A stretch of 64,000 nt of DNA, taken from positions 91,213-155,212 of IMG/VR virus record IMGVR_UViG_3300005613_000005, one strand, 5' to 3'. The translations under genes and the position numbers were made by a program. The notes under the pieces are model-generated. The model was not told the DNA's origin, ran no database searches, and worked only from the letters and a program-made list of their open reading frames with translations. This document shows, in pieces, positions 8,521-17,703 of the stretch. Source of the stretch: a virus (Duplodnaviria > Heunggongvirae > Uroviricota > Caudoviricetes). Position 1 is the first letter of the stretch. Every line of letters starts with the position of its first letter.

Positions 8521-10152
8521 TTAGCTATAGAGTATAGCGTTGGTGAGTGTCCCAGTGCATGTTCCGAGTTGTTTATCGCGAAACTGTTCCTGGAGTTCTA
8601 CGATCATGTCGATGATGTCGTCTGCCAATGCAGCATGAGCTAATGAACTAGCAAGAGCTTTCTTAGCGTCAGTTGCAAAAGGAGAAGACTGAGCTGTAAC
8701 AGCAGTATCATCGATCTCAGCTTGGTCAACAGCTGTTGAACCATAGTCAGATATGGCGACCGTGAAACCAGATGTACCAGCACTCACGTTAGCGAAATAT
8801 TCTGTGTCGACGTGCTGTATGACCAGGTTACCAGCGTTATCGTTGGATCCAGCCTCAAACTTAGAGTCAGCGATGATCTTAGCATATAAAGCATCTCCGA
8901 CCTGAGCCTTAGTCATGGCGCTGGTTATGGTAGTAACTTCAACAGCTCTATCAGCACCATGTGCAGGAGCTGCAGTACCAGAATCGTCCACGTCTATCCA
9001 GAAAGCTACGGTACCGTTGGTATCTTCCAGGAGCATGTACTTGCCGTCGAGAGCACTGTCAACGCCCGCTGTGTTCTCACCGATGGTAAAACCGGTATCA
9101 CCGTCAGCCGCGTTAGTTCTAGCTCCATAAGTAGCACATTGAACAGTTAAGTTTCCAGAAAGGTCATCAGAACCAGCTTCAAAATCGGCATCACCAACTA
9201 GCACGTTGTAAACAGCAGTTCCGACCGCGCCAACAGCGTCACCACTGTTGATAGCCGTCACCTCTAAACTCCTGTCAGCCCCGTGAGCAGGTTCAGCTGT
9301 TCCTGAGTCGTCAACGTCTATCCAGACAGCAACAGAACCAGCGTCGTCGTGGATGATAAAATATTTACCATCAAGGACACTGTCAACCCCTGGTGTGTTT
9401 TCACCGACGGTGAAACCAGAAGTTCCAGCAGTTCCATCACTTCTAACGCCATAAGTAGCACACTGAATAGTTAAATTACCGTTGTTATCATTGGATCCAG
9501 CTTCAAAGTCTGCATCGCCTGTAACAGCCGCATAAACTTTGTCACCAACTGTTCCTTTACTGTCGTCTGTGACGATCGTTGTGATCTCAACAGAACGATC
9601 AGCCCCGTGAGCTGGTTCTGCCGTTCCTGAATCGTCTACGTCTATCCAGAAAGCTACTGATCCAGCATCGTCATAAAGGATGAAATAGGTTCCGTCAAGA
9701 GAATCTGCAACGTCGGCAACTGTTTCGATGTCGGTGATCTCTTTTACAGATCCTTCAGCGATACAAGCGATATCAGATATCTCTTTTACAGATCCGTCAG
9801 CGATCGTGACTACCGAAGTACTCTGTTTATCAGATACTTCTGCGTAATCCTGAAGTTCTACCAAGATGTTCAGGATGTTATCGGCGAGTGACCTGTTGTT
9901 TAGAGCTGAGCGAAAAGCCTTGCGGTACGAAGAGAGACTCTCAGCACCGAACTTCCTTGTAGCAGAAAGTTCATACGGCGTCTCGTTGCTAACAGTGATG
10001 TCAGCGCTCAGGATGTTGGATGCTATGGTACCACCGTTGGCCGCAGCAAACACCTGCAGGTCGTAGATGGCGTTCAGTATAGCATCAGCTAGTTTTTTGT
10101 TTCGAAGAGCAGATCTAAGGCTCTTCCTGTAAGAAATTGAATGTTGTGACAT
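8521..10152 (-). CDS. Virion fibre/decoration protein with three ~100-aa DVDDSG/HGAD repeats
   Basis: Repeats LDGxYFxxxDxxGxVAxWIDVDDSGTAxPAHGADR; flanking SYRKxxRSALxNxxLADxI helical repeats; Gly/Ala/Thr/Asp-rich. Confidence 0.7.
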   Translation of the reverse strand: MSQHSISYRKSLRSALRNKKLADAILNAIYDLQVFAAANGGTIASNILSADITVSNETPYELSATRKFGAESLSSYRKAFRSALNNRSLADNILNILVELQDYAEVSDKQSTSVVTIADGSVKEISDIACIAEGSVKEITDIETVADVADSLDGTYFILYDDAGSVAFWIDVDDSGTAEPAHGADRSVEITTIVTDDSKGTVGDKVYAAVTGDADFEAGSNDNNGNLTIQCATYGVRSDGTAGTSGFTVGENTPGVDSVLDGKYFIIHDDAGSVAVWIDVDDSGTAEPAHGADRSLEVTAINSGDAVGAVGTAVYNVLVGDADFEAGSDDLSGNLTVQCATYGARTNAADGDTGFTIGENTAGVDSALDGKYMLLEDTNGTVAFWIDVDDSGTAAPAHGADRAVEVTTITSAMTKAQVGDALYAKIIADSKFEAGSNDNAGNLVIQHVDTEYFANVSAGTSGFTVAISDYGSTAVDQAEIDDTAVTAQSSPFATDAKKALASSLAHAALADDIIDMIVELQEQFRDKQLGTCTGTLTNAILYS

Positions 10153-10227
10153 AACGTCTCCTTCCGAGTGTTAGGCACGGTATCAAATCCGTGACACATA
10201 CATCAAATTATTTAGTTGTTTCCTTAT

Positions 10228-10554
10228 TTATACTAAAAACTCTAGTACCCCAAAGGCAATCGCAGCTAGAACCCCGATTATACTTATGAGATAAAAAGTT
10301 TTGATAAGGCCTTTTTTTATAAGCTCCTTGTTGGCCTTTCTCTTGATCGATTCTATATGAAGAGGTTCAACGATCGCCTCGATGGCGTTCGTACGCTCTA
10401 TGTGGTGATCAAGAGAATCAGCCTGACGAATAAGCGTCTCGTTCATGCGCTTTTGTTCGTCGGTTAGTTTCTCTATCTTTTCATCAAACTTCTGGTCTAC
10501 TTCCTTCAACTTGTCTAATATCAGGTCCAAGATCTTGTCGTTCTCTTTACTCAC
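10228..10554 (-). CDS. Coiled-coil protein with C-terminal TM helix (XhlA/holin-like)
   Basis: HIERTNAIE coiled coil and hydrophobic C-terminus; GTG start. Confidence 0.55.
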   Translation of the reverse strand: MSKENDKILDLILDKLKEVDQKFDEKIEKLTDEQKRMNETLIRQADSLDHHIERTNAIEAIVEPLHIESIKRKANKELIKKGLIKTFYLISIIGVLAAIAFGVLEFLV

Positions 10555-10628
10555 TTATCCACCCATAACCTACTAAGTTGCAACTTATACTATCATACCA
10601 TAAAACAAGCTTAAAAAATCGCTTTACT

Positions 10629-10637
10629 CAGTATAAT
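10629..10637 (+). promoter_or_regulatory. -10 promoter element CAGTATAAT
   Basis: Upstream of GGAGGA RBS and ATG 10656. Confidence 0.5.
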
Positions 10638-10655
10638 TCTGGTAGGAGGACGACC

Positions 10656-10862
10656 ATGGATCCGATCAAGAAAATGCAAGAAAAGATTGAAGAACTCGGA
10701 AACGAAGCTGCACAGATAGTCAAACAACGCGATAAACTGTTCGCACAGATAGATAACTTGAACATACGGTTGACGCAAGTCACGGGAGCCATAAGCGAGT
10801 TGGATAAACTAATCAAGGAATGTGAGTCAGAAGATGGAAAAAAAGATCAAGCAGAGAGTTAA
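10656..10862 (+). CDS. Small coiled-coil protein (paralogue A)
   Basis: GGAGGA RBS; LNxRxxxxxGAxxEL motif shared with next gene. Confidence 0.7.
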   Translation: MDPIKKMQEKIEELGNEAAQIVKQRDKLFAQIDNLNIRLTQVTGAISELDKLIKECESEDGKKDQAES

Positions 10863-11022
10863 AGAACTGAACACCGAACTCCAGTTCACGTACAAGCAGA
10901 TAGACGGGTTAAACGTCAGTCTCAAAAAATTGAACACTCGTGCCGTTGAAATTGCCGGAGCTTTAAAAGAACTAGAAAATCTATTACTGACTAATAAAAA
11001 AGACGATAAAAAAACTAAATGA
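10834..11022 (+). CDS. Small coiled-coil protein (paralogue B)
   Basis: LNTRAVEIAGALKELE similar to LNIRLTQVTGAISELD. Confidence 0.65.
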   Translation: MEKKIKQRVKELNTELQFTYKQIDGLNVSLKKLNTRAVEIAGALKELENLLLTNKKDDKKTK

Positions 11023-11233
11023 TCTCGTCTTTTCCCTCATCTTCTTCGATTGCATCTTTGCAGTGACCAGTATCTAATTTGTTAAGAAACCAACAGAGCA
11101 CGTTAGCCCACATCGTTTTCCCCTGTTGTTTACCAGCTCTACTAGAGATCGTTTCATCAGGGTCGCCGCCCAATATAGCGTTGGCTAACTGATCGATCGC
11201 TATCAATATGTTCCAGATATATTTACCCAACAT
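11015..11233 (-). CDS. Conserved phage protein (IAIDQLxN...GDPDETISSRA...HC family) found near tail fibres
   Basis: Family motif recognised; start at ATG 11233. Confidence 0.8.
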   Translation of the reverse strand: MLGKYIWNILIAIDQLANAILGGDPDETISSRAGKQQGKTMWANVLCWFLNKLDTGHCKDAIEEDEGKDEII

Positions 11234-11234
11234 C

Positions 11235-11489
11235 TTACGCCTCTGGTATATAAGTAAACGCCAACGTTCTGTCATCTTCTGTTATCTTTTCATCGGCAAC
11301 TAACTTATCGATCCTAGCACGAGCTAAAGCATAATTTCCATTATCCAACGCTACTATTAAAGTAGCAGATGTATCAAGCGCGTCCATCAATCTTTCTAAT
11401 TGTTCCTGCGATGAAGCGTTGTTCAAAATTTTATTTAAGATTACCGTGCGTTTATGTGCAACGTTAGTTGTTACTCGTTTTAATCCCAT
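11235..11489 (-). CDS. Small protein after tail fibre (possible fibre chaperone)
   Basis: Start overlaps fibre gene end; position only. Confidence 0.55.
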   Translation of the reverse strand: MGLKRVTTNVAHKRTVILNKILNNASSQEQLERLMDALDTSATLIVALDNGNYALARARIDKLVADEKITEDDRTLAFTYIPEA

Positions 11490-14400
11490 GTTAATCCCGT
11501 CCCGTGAATTTTCATATTTTTATAGTTATGCGTAGTTATCTTATACTTCATTGAAGTACCAGACGGTTGTCCAGATATATCCACAGTTCCAGATAAGATA
11601 CGCTGAGAACCTGTATAATTTCCTTCATCAGCTAAAGTAACTTGACTCCACGTCGTACCACCATCTCTCGAAACCCATCCTTTTATATCTGTATTAACTG
11701 TTACACTATCAACATCCTCCTCAAACACTATTAAACGAGAATTATCAGGTTGCGTCTCTGCCGTTGTCGCATTAGAGATAAGTGTCATATTATATAACTC
11801 TGTTTTCCAATCATCGATATAGATCGTGTTTTCTGAATCAGCGTTTGTTATCTTTAAACTAAGTTCATCAATATCATCTTTGTTAGCAGAGGATACACCT
11901 GAAATATCCCACTCAACTAGTTGCCACGTATCGGCAGATGATATATTAACCGCTTTTGTGGTAGTGGTGCCTCCAGAATCATGTATCTGCAATTGAAAAT
12001 TTGTTCCAGTTCTACTTGCTCTTGCGTAGAAATAAAGCGTATCATAGGACGATAAATCAATTTTGTTTTCTTCTTCAAGTGTTTTCGTTATTGTTTGGTT
12101 CAAACTATCAGTTTCTGCAGCGGTAACTTTCAACGAATAACTACCTTGTTGCTTTATTGTTGACTCTGATTGTGGATAAGGAATAGGGTCGCTTTCTACC
12201 ATCATCTCTAAGTTACCGACCTGCATATAATCATAGCTCCAGGTCGTATCCATCCACAGCCTATAATAATTATAAGAAGTATCGTTGTCTAACAAAGCCC
12301 ATCCCATCGATACATATCCACTACCTATCTCAAAGTTATTTCCCGTTTTTGTTAAACCACCACCAGCACTTGAACAATTTATCTTACTCCAACTCGATCC
12401 ATTATTACTAGCTTCAATCCAACATAACTTAGGATTATTGCCTGCCCAATTTGAAGAGTTGAAAGTTATCTTTTTGATAGTTTGAGGAGATGAAAACTGC
12501 ACCCTTATCCATTGGTCTTCAAAAGCCTCCCAATCTCCCTGCCAAAACGTAGATGAATATTGATCATCGAACGCATAATCAACGTTAGATCCAGAGGAAG
12601 CTAAATAAGATTGTCCAGGTGTAGCGTCCACAAAGCCTGAAAGAGAAGATTCATAAGCGGCTTGCGCAGCCTCATCAGTTGGATACTCCATATAATCTAC
12701 TTCACATCCCGGTGCTACTGAATAAAGATCATTAGCAGAATCATATACTTCATTCGTTGAACTACCGGTATCTACTCCAGTTTCATCCTCATATTCGTCC
12801 ATAACACCGTCTATCATGTTCAATTTACTTAGAGCACCGTTAACGGCGATTCTAAAAGCGTTCAACATGATGTTGAGCTCAACTCGTGATGCAAGTTGTA
12901 ACTTAGAATCAACATACTTAATCGTAAAATCATCCATGTTAGAATAAAAAATATCAACGGTACTCGTTGCTGGAGCGTACAAACATTTTTCAGGCGAACT
13001 TTGACTTTCAGTCTCTTTTGAGCTACTTCCAATCTTATCTTTTGTAGGCAAACTTGCCACACGTATCAACGACGCAACATCCCCATCTATGTAACAATCA
13101 TCTCTATCAGTCATTTGAAGACTTTCTATAGAAGTTAAACTATTGCAATAAATAGAAGCTGTAGCGGTTGACTCAATGCCACTGCCATCCCTAATATCAA
13201 TGGAGGATGCATGGGCTGTACCTTGAAAAATTATTTGAGATCCTCTTCCTGCTTCTCCAGATCCAGAATTTCCACCACTGCAATCCATTGCTCCAAATGC
13301 ACACGTACCAACAAAAGTTTGATCGCCGCCATCGCCTCCAGCAGCACCAGAACTGTCTCCCCCATAGAAGTTCCAACTTCTTGAATGTGCGTGCGTTACC
13401 GTTCCATATGCGGTTAACGATGCACCGTTGCCACCGTTGCCAACACCGTTGCCACCAAAAGCTTGCACGTGACTTCTGATTGTTACAGCGTCATAGAATA
13501 TTATAGTCGCTGCATTTCCACCTGTATTTGAACCACTTGAACCAGTACCACCATTGGCTATAAAACCATCTTTCATGGTAGTAGGACCATAGAGCGTTAA
13601 ATTCCCTGCATTACCGCCATTTCCACTATTACCATTTCCACCATTTACACGTAAAGGTCCATCACATTCAGCACGACCAAAAATCGTTATATCTCCACCA
13701 GCACCACCATTCCCTGTTCCCAAAAAGAAAACTTGTGCTCCACTAGCTGCTATCTCATCACCGCAATAATCTCCATTTATCGTTACAGTGCCTCCAGCAC
13801 CACCGTCACCGGTACCATTGCTCATACCACCATTAACATTGATAGAAGTAAATACTTCACCATAAAAACCGCCCAGATCAACGTTTCCACCATCTCCTCC
13901 ACCAGAAGAATCAGCTCCGCCTTGACTATATACAGCAGCATAATATACTGATCCTTTAACAGTAATATCACCACCATCAGCACCTGCTCCACCACTACAG
14001 TTGATAGAATCAGAAAAAGCAGTTCCCCAAAAATCGCCTCCTACAGAAAGGTTGTTACCATCAATTCCTGAAGCATTTCCAGAAGCGTTGAAAGAATCAC
14101 AACGCATATCACCCAACACCGTGAACGTAGCAGGAGTAGAACCTGCTTCAGATCTATAAGTAACTAATCCTTTACAGTGAAAATCACCTTCGATAGTAAT
14201 ATTGGCCAGATCACCACCTGAATTTGCTGCGGTAAAAGTACTTCCCAATTTAAAATTGCCGTTGATCGTTAAGGCAGCACCACCCGTACTAGAGAAGCTG
14301 CCGGTACTCATAATATCACCTTTTACAGTAATGTTATGAGAAGCTGTTATGTTGCCTATGACCGTTAGATTACCATGTACTTCAAAATTAGCAGATGTAC

Positions 14401-14701
14401 CTGTAATGTTACCGTTCACAAAAACATCACCGTGATAAGTACCTCCGACCGTAGTATCTGTACAAAATCTCGCTTCGCAACTCAGACTCTTAACCCACGA
14501 AAGGCCTAATGGTATCGCTAGGTCTTGGGTACCATCATTGACCACCACGTCACCACTACTGATTAAAGTATGGATAGTAGTATCCTCTGCTAGATTCAAC
14601 CACTTATCCGGTGGTACATCAAACTGCGATTCATATGCTACTTGTACACCCAATAATGTTAAAGTATCACCGCTTTGATTTTTTAAAATTTTTGTCATCA
14701 T
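11480..14701 (-). CDS. Tail fibre / receptor-binding protein
   Basis: Gly-rich GGxGGxxG beta-helix repeats, F5/8 type C (discoidin)-like segment (AFDD...QWIRVQFSSP...IEASNNG..W...YYRL), further beta-sandwich domains; 1073 aa. Confidence 0.8.
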   Translation of the reverse strand: MMTKILKNQSGDTLTLLGVQVAYESQFDVPPDKWLNLAEDTTIHTLISSGDVVVNDGTQDLAIPLGLSWVKSLSCEARFCTDTTVGGTYHGDVFVNGNITGTSANFEVHGNLTVIGNITASHNITVKGDIMSTGSFSSTGGAALTINGNFKLGSTFTAANSGGDLANITIEGDFHCKGLVTYRSEAGSTPATFTVLGDMRCDSFNASGNASGIDGNNLSVGGDFWGTAFSDSINCSGGAGADGGDITVKGSVYYAAVYSQGGADSSGGGDGGNVDLGGFYGEVFTSINVNGGMSNGTGDGGAGGTVTINGDYCGDEIAASGAQVFFLGTGNGGAGGDITIFGRAECDGPLRVNGGNGNSGNGGNAGNLTLYGPTTMKDGFIANGGTGSSGSNTGGNAATIIFYDAVTIRSHVQAFGGNGVGNGGNGASLTAYGTVTHAHSRSWNFYGGDSSGAAGGDGGDQTFVGTCAFGAMDCSGGNSGSGEAGRGSQIIFQGTAHASSIDIRDGSGIESTATASIYCNSLTSIESLQMTDRDDCYIDGDVASLIRVASLPTKDKIGSSSKETESQSSPEKCLYAPATSTVDIFYSNMDDFTIKYVDSKLQLASRVELNIMLNAFRIAVNGALSKLNMIDGVMDEYEDETGVDTGSSTNEVYDSANDLYSVAPGCEVDYMEYPTDEAAQAAYESSLSGFVDATPGQSYLASSGSNVDYAFDDQYSSTFWQGDWEAFEDQWIRVQFSSPQTIKKITFNSSNWAGNNPKLCWIEASNNGSSWSKINCSSAGGGLTKTGNNFEIGSGYVSMGWALLDNDTSYNYYRLWMDTTWSYDYMQVGNLEMMVESDPIPYPQSESTIKQQGSYSLKVTAAETDSLNQTITKTLEEENKIDLSSYDTLYFYARASRTGTNFQLQIHDSGGTTTTKAVNISSADTWQLVEWDISGVSSANKDDIDELSLKITNADSENTIYIDDWKTELYNMTLISNATTAETQPDNSRLIVFEEDVDSVTVNTDIKGWVSRDGGTTWSQVTLADEGNYTGSQRILSGTVDISGQPSGTSMKYKITTHNYKNMKIHGTGLTWD

Positions 14702-14704
14702 ATA

Positions 14705-15196
14705 TTAACTCGCCACCGCAAAAATAACACATACTAGATCTTTACAGTTCGTGCCTTGATCCTTATATTTTATCCTTATCCAATCGCCAGCAGTAAAATC
14801 ATCATCCCATCCAGAATAATAACCGTGTCCGTCAGCATCATTCACCACGTTGACCGTCCTATATTTGTCACCAGGATCAGCGATGCCATTCTTGTAAAAT
14901 TCAAGGTCAAAACTAACATCAGTGTTCTTATTGGCCCACGTAAACTCCTTCACAGTACAATCTATAGGAAATAATATTACCAGATCAGGAGTAAGGTCTG
15001 AGTACGCCACCCATTGATTGTTGCTGATCGTACCGTTGTTCACCAGCGTAAGCGTGAACCTAGGTTTGCCTTCTGCAGTCTCTTTCGCTTCTTCTATCGC
15101 ACTCTGTACTTCATCAGCCGTAAAACCGTTCGTCGAGTTGTCAAAAGGAGTATCTATGGCATCTTGAGTACGCGAACTAGGTGGGATCTTAGGCAT
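14705..15196 (-). CDS. Virion structural protein (beta-rich)
   Basis: PFDNSTNGFTADEVQSAIEE motif typical of phage fibre-associated proteins; context. Confidence 0.6.
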   Translation of the reverse strand: MPKIPPSSRTQDAIDTPFDNSTNGFTADEVQSAIEEAKETAEGKPRFTLTLVNNGTISNNQWVAYSDLTPDLVILFPIDCTVKEFTWANKNTDVSFDLEFYKNGIADPGDKYRTVNVVNDADGHGYYSGWDDDFTAGDWIRIKYKDQGTNCKDLVCVIFAVAS

Positions 15197-15197
15197 G

Positions 15198-15527
15198 TTA
15201 ACTCCACACTATAACTTCATACTTCGTACCATCGTTGTTTGTGTCGATCTTCAGCGTCGTGAAAACACCAGGAATGTAAATATACTCTCCTCTTGAGATA
15301 GTAGTGTAGTTAACAGTTCCGTCTATGTTTATGTACAGCACGTCGTTCGGATCATTGGCGTTCACGCCTTTGTTGGGATTCTTGATGTACGCGAGTTGAA
15401 TCGGTTTGGCACTAGTAGGTGTTATACTGTTTGGAACACCTGCGACCGCAACGTTGCTGTTAAAATGTTCCGGATCAGAGTCCCGCTCGTCCTGTATCTC
15501 AACATCAAAATCATCAAATTCAGACAT
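15198..15527 (-). CDS. Probable virion structural protein
   Basis: Beta-rich, context. Confidence 0.6.
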   Translation of the reverse strand: MSEFDDFDVEIQDERDSDPEHFNSNVAVAGVPNSITPTSAKPIQLAYIKNPNKGVNANDPNDVLYINIDGTVNYTTISRGEYIYIPGVFTTLKIDTNNDGTKYEVIVWS

Positions 15528-15530
15528 ATC

Positions 15531-15908
15531 TTAATCCCATGTTACTTTCTGTGCTGTAGGAGCTTCTATAACTTTAGCGATCTTTTTGATCCTGTTTAGC
15601 ACTGAATCATCTATGAGTACCTCAACAGACGCTCCCCAGTTACATAATTTTTTAGATACTGCGCCTTTCGGCGGTTTTTTACCATCTAACGTCATGTTTT
15701 TTAACGTTTCTTCAACAGCCATATGCATGTCAGGACGAACTTTAACTTTTATAATCTTCTCTTCGTCCTCGTATTTTCCTATATAAAAATAATCAGTTAC
15801 ATCTTGGTTTAATTTTCGCGGAACACGAAGCCAATCTAACGTGTTAAAAATTTTCTTAAAATTAGTCATGTTTAGTTTTTGATCTTTTATCAACTGCATA
15901 GTGCTCAT
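15531..15908 (-). CDS. Hypothetical protein, probably leaderless (MSTMQLIK...)
   Basis: TATAAT 6 nt upstream of ATG 15908; no SD. Confidence 0.65.
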   Translation of the reverse strand: MSTMQLIKDQKLNMTNFKKIFNTLDWLRVPRKLNQDVTDYFYIGKYEDEEKIIKVKVRPDMHMAVEETLKNMTLDGKKPPKGAVSKKLCNWGASVEVLIDDSVLNRIKKIAKVIEAPTAQKVTWD

Positions 15909-15914
15909 AATTCT

Positions 15915-15923
15915 ATTATACAA
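15915..15923 (-). promoter_or_regulatory. -10 promoter TTGTATAAT for a leaderless gene
   Basis: Exactly 6 nt between hexamer and ATG. Confidence 0.6.
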
Positions 15924-15941
15924 CCTTAATGGTTATCAAGT

Positions 15942-15971
15942 AAAAAAAGGGGGATGACTTAAGTCATCCCC
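15942..15971 (-). terminator. Intrinsic terminator
   Basis: Perfect palindrome GGGGATGACTTAAGTCATCCCC (15950-15971) followed by T tract on minus strand. Confidence 0.8.
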
Positions 15972-15998
15972 TCAATAATCTCGATTATCTACCTACGC

Positions 15999-17315
15999 TT
16001 AGAACGTACGTATATGCATAGATCCTGTGCCGTTAGCATTTCCACCACTAGAATGTCTTTTCTTGATCTGAAGTTTGATTGCTAAATTCTCAGCACCAGC
16101 TATCTCGATACGACCAGATTCACTGAACTGTTCGCTGGTTCCAGGATTAGCAGAGCTGTTGATGTCAGTTTTATAAACTTTGATATCAACAGTATCATCT
16201 GTCACGATCCTCATCTGTGCGTTCTGATCACAGGCCCACTGATATCCATAGAGATAAGCGGTAGTACCAGCACCTACAGATATAGTAGCTGCTGTAACCC
16301 AAGGTGTAGCAGCAGCTGTGATAGTCTCAAGACCATCACCGGCAGCAGCGAGAGCGTCAGTAACTGTGTACTGTTCAGAACCAGGAGCAGACATTACGGC
16401 TGCTGTTCTTAAACGACCGTATGCGTCAAGTTGTAACCAACCATAATCGTATTCAGCGTCGACCAAACTGCCTTCTGAATCGTGTCTTACTGCGAAGATA
16501 GGAATACCGGCTTCACCAGTACTTGCGGCAGCGTCTTCTGCCTTAGTCCAAGAATCAACGTCACTTTCGATATTGTCGATACTTGTCTCGATGTTGTCTA
16601 AAGTAGTGCCCTGATCTGCTAATTCTGCGTCAATGCTAGTTAACAGAACTTCGATAGCCGCTAAGTCAACGACCATCGCTGCGGTATCTGCGTCTATGCT
16701 AGTTAACAGAACTTCGATAGCTGCTAGATCAACAACCATCGCAGCAGTATCTGCGTCTATGCTAGTTAACAAAACTTCGATAGCTGCTAAGTCAACTACC
16801 ATCGCTTGAGTATCAATGTAGATGTTGTCCAATACAGTATCGATCTCTGTAAGTTTAGTTAAAGCATCTGTGTCTTTAACATAAAGTTCGCCGTTTGCGT
16901 TAACGAAAAACGACGCATAATCGCCGTCAGCACTGGTGTTCGTGTTCGTTGGTCTACTATCAGACCTAACACTCAACACATAACTACCAATGTCAGCACT
17001 CTGATGTGCTGAATCTTCAGCTTTTTCATGACCATTAGCAACTTCAATATCAGCAACAACTTTTAATCTACCGTTTTCGTCGACCTGCAAAGGAGCGTAA
17101 TCGCCATCAGCACCGACCATAGATGTATCAGCGTCGTGTCGAACAGCCAGCATGAATATACCAGCATCTCCGTCACCATGCGCGGCGTCTTCTAAGTACC
17201 TACCAGAAATGATCAAACGACCTGACGAATCGAGCTGGAGCTCGCTCATCTGTTGATCACTTAGTGTAGGTAATGCACTTAGATATTGACCGACTAATAA
17301 CCCAAAATCGTCCAT
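15999..17315 (-). CDS. Virion fibre-like protein with AEDxAH/AVRxD repeats and coiled-coil stalk
   Basis: Three EDxAxxxGxxG...AVR modules and 21-aa tandem repeats. Confidence 0.7.
   Translation of the reverse strand: MDDFGLLVGQYLSALPTLSDQQMSELQLDSSGRLIISGRYLEDAAHGDGDAGIFMLAVRHDADTSMVGADGDYAPLQVDENGRLKVVADIEVANGHEKAEDSAHQSADIGSYVLSVRSDSRPTNTNTSADGDYASFFVNANGELYVKDTDALTKLTEIDTVLDNIYIDTQAMVVDLAAIEVLLTSIDADTAAMVVDLAAIEVLLTSIDADTAAMVVDLAAIEVLLTSIDAELADQGTTLDNIETSIDNIESDVDSWTKAEDAAASTGEAGIPIFAVRHDSEGSLVDAEYDYGWLQLDAYGRLRTAAVMSAPGSEQYTVTDALAAAGDGLETITAAATPWVTAATISVGAGTTAYLYGYQWACDQNAQMRIVTDDTVDIKVYKTDINSSANPGTSEQFSESGRIEIAGAENLAIKLQIKKRHSSGGNANGTGSMHIRTF
16624..16806 (-). repeat. Three coding 63-nt tandem repeats (AMVVDLAAIEVLLTSIDADTA)
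   Basis: tctgcgtc recurs at 16624, 16687 and 16750; variation is mostly synonymous. Confidence 0.9.
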
Positions 17316-17335
17316 CTAAAAACCCCTTTCAAAAA

Positions 17336-17674
17336 TTATTTTTTAATAAATTCCTCAAATTTAGGACAAATCTTAATGTTCTTAGATTTGATCCTCTCGT
17401 TGATCTTAGCAAGATTCTTGCCAAAATCTCCCTTCAAAAACAATTGCCATTGTTCGGCCTTATCTTTGTCAGCGCCTAAAATAGCTGCCACTTCACTTGG
17501 AGTTTTCTTTTCCCCTATTATTTCAACGATCTTATCGCTTATCAACTTTCTCAACTCATCAACGTCTCTTGAAATCGCCTTAATTTCTTTATCGGGTTTG
17601 TACTCTTCTAAAACTCCTACTTTTACATCTAAAGTCAATGTTTTTGCATTTAAAATCAATAAAGCCATTTTCAC
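17336..17674 (-). CDS. Hypothetical protein
   Basis: AAGGAG RBS, ORF track. Confidence 0.7.
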   Translation of the reverse strand: MKMALLILNAKTLTLDVKVGVLEEYKPDKEIKAISRDVDELRKLISDKIVEIIGEKKTPSEVAAILGADKDKAEQWQLFLKGDFGKNLAKINERIKSKNIKICPKFEEFIKK

Positions 17675-17703
17675 TCCTTATAGTATCATATTTGCAGGTT
17701 AAA

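Noticed and set aside
16624-16806. 63-nt repeats as a CRISPR array
   Set aside because: No unique spacers; units are contiguous, in frame and vary at wobble positions; no cas genes
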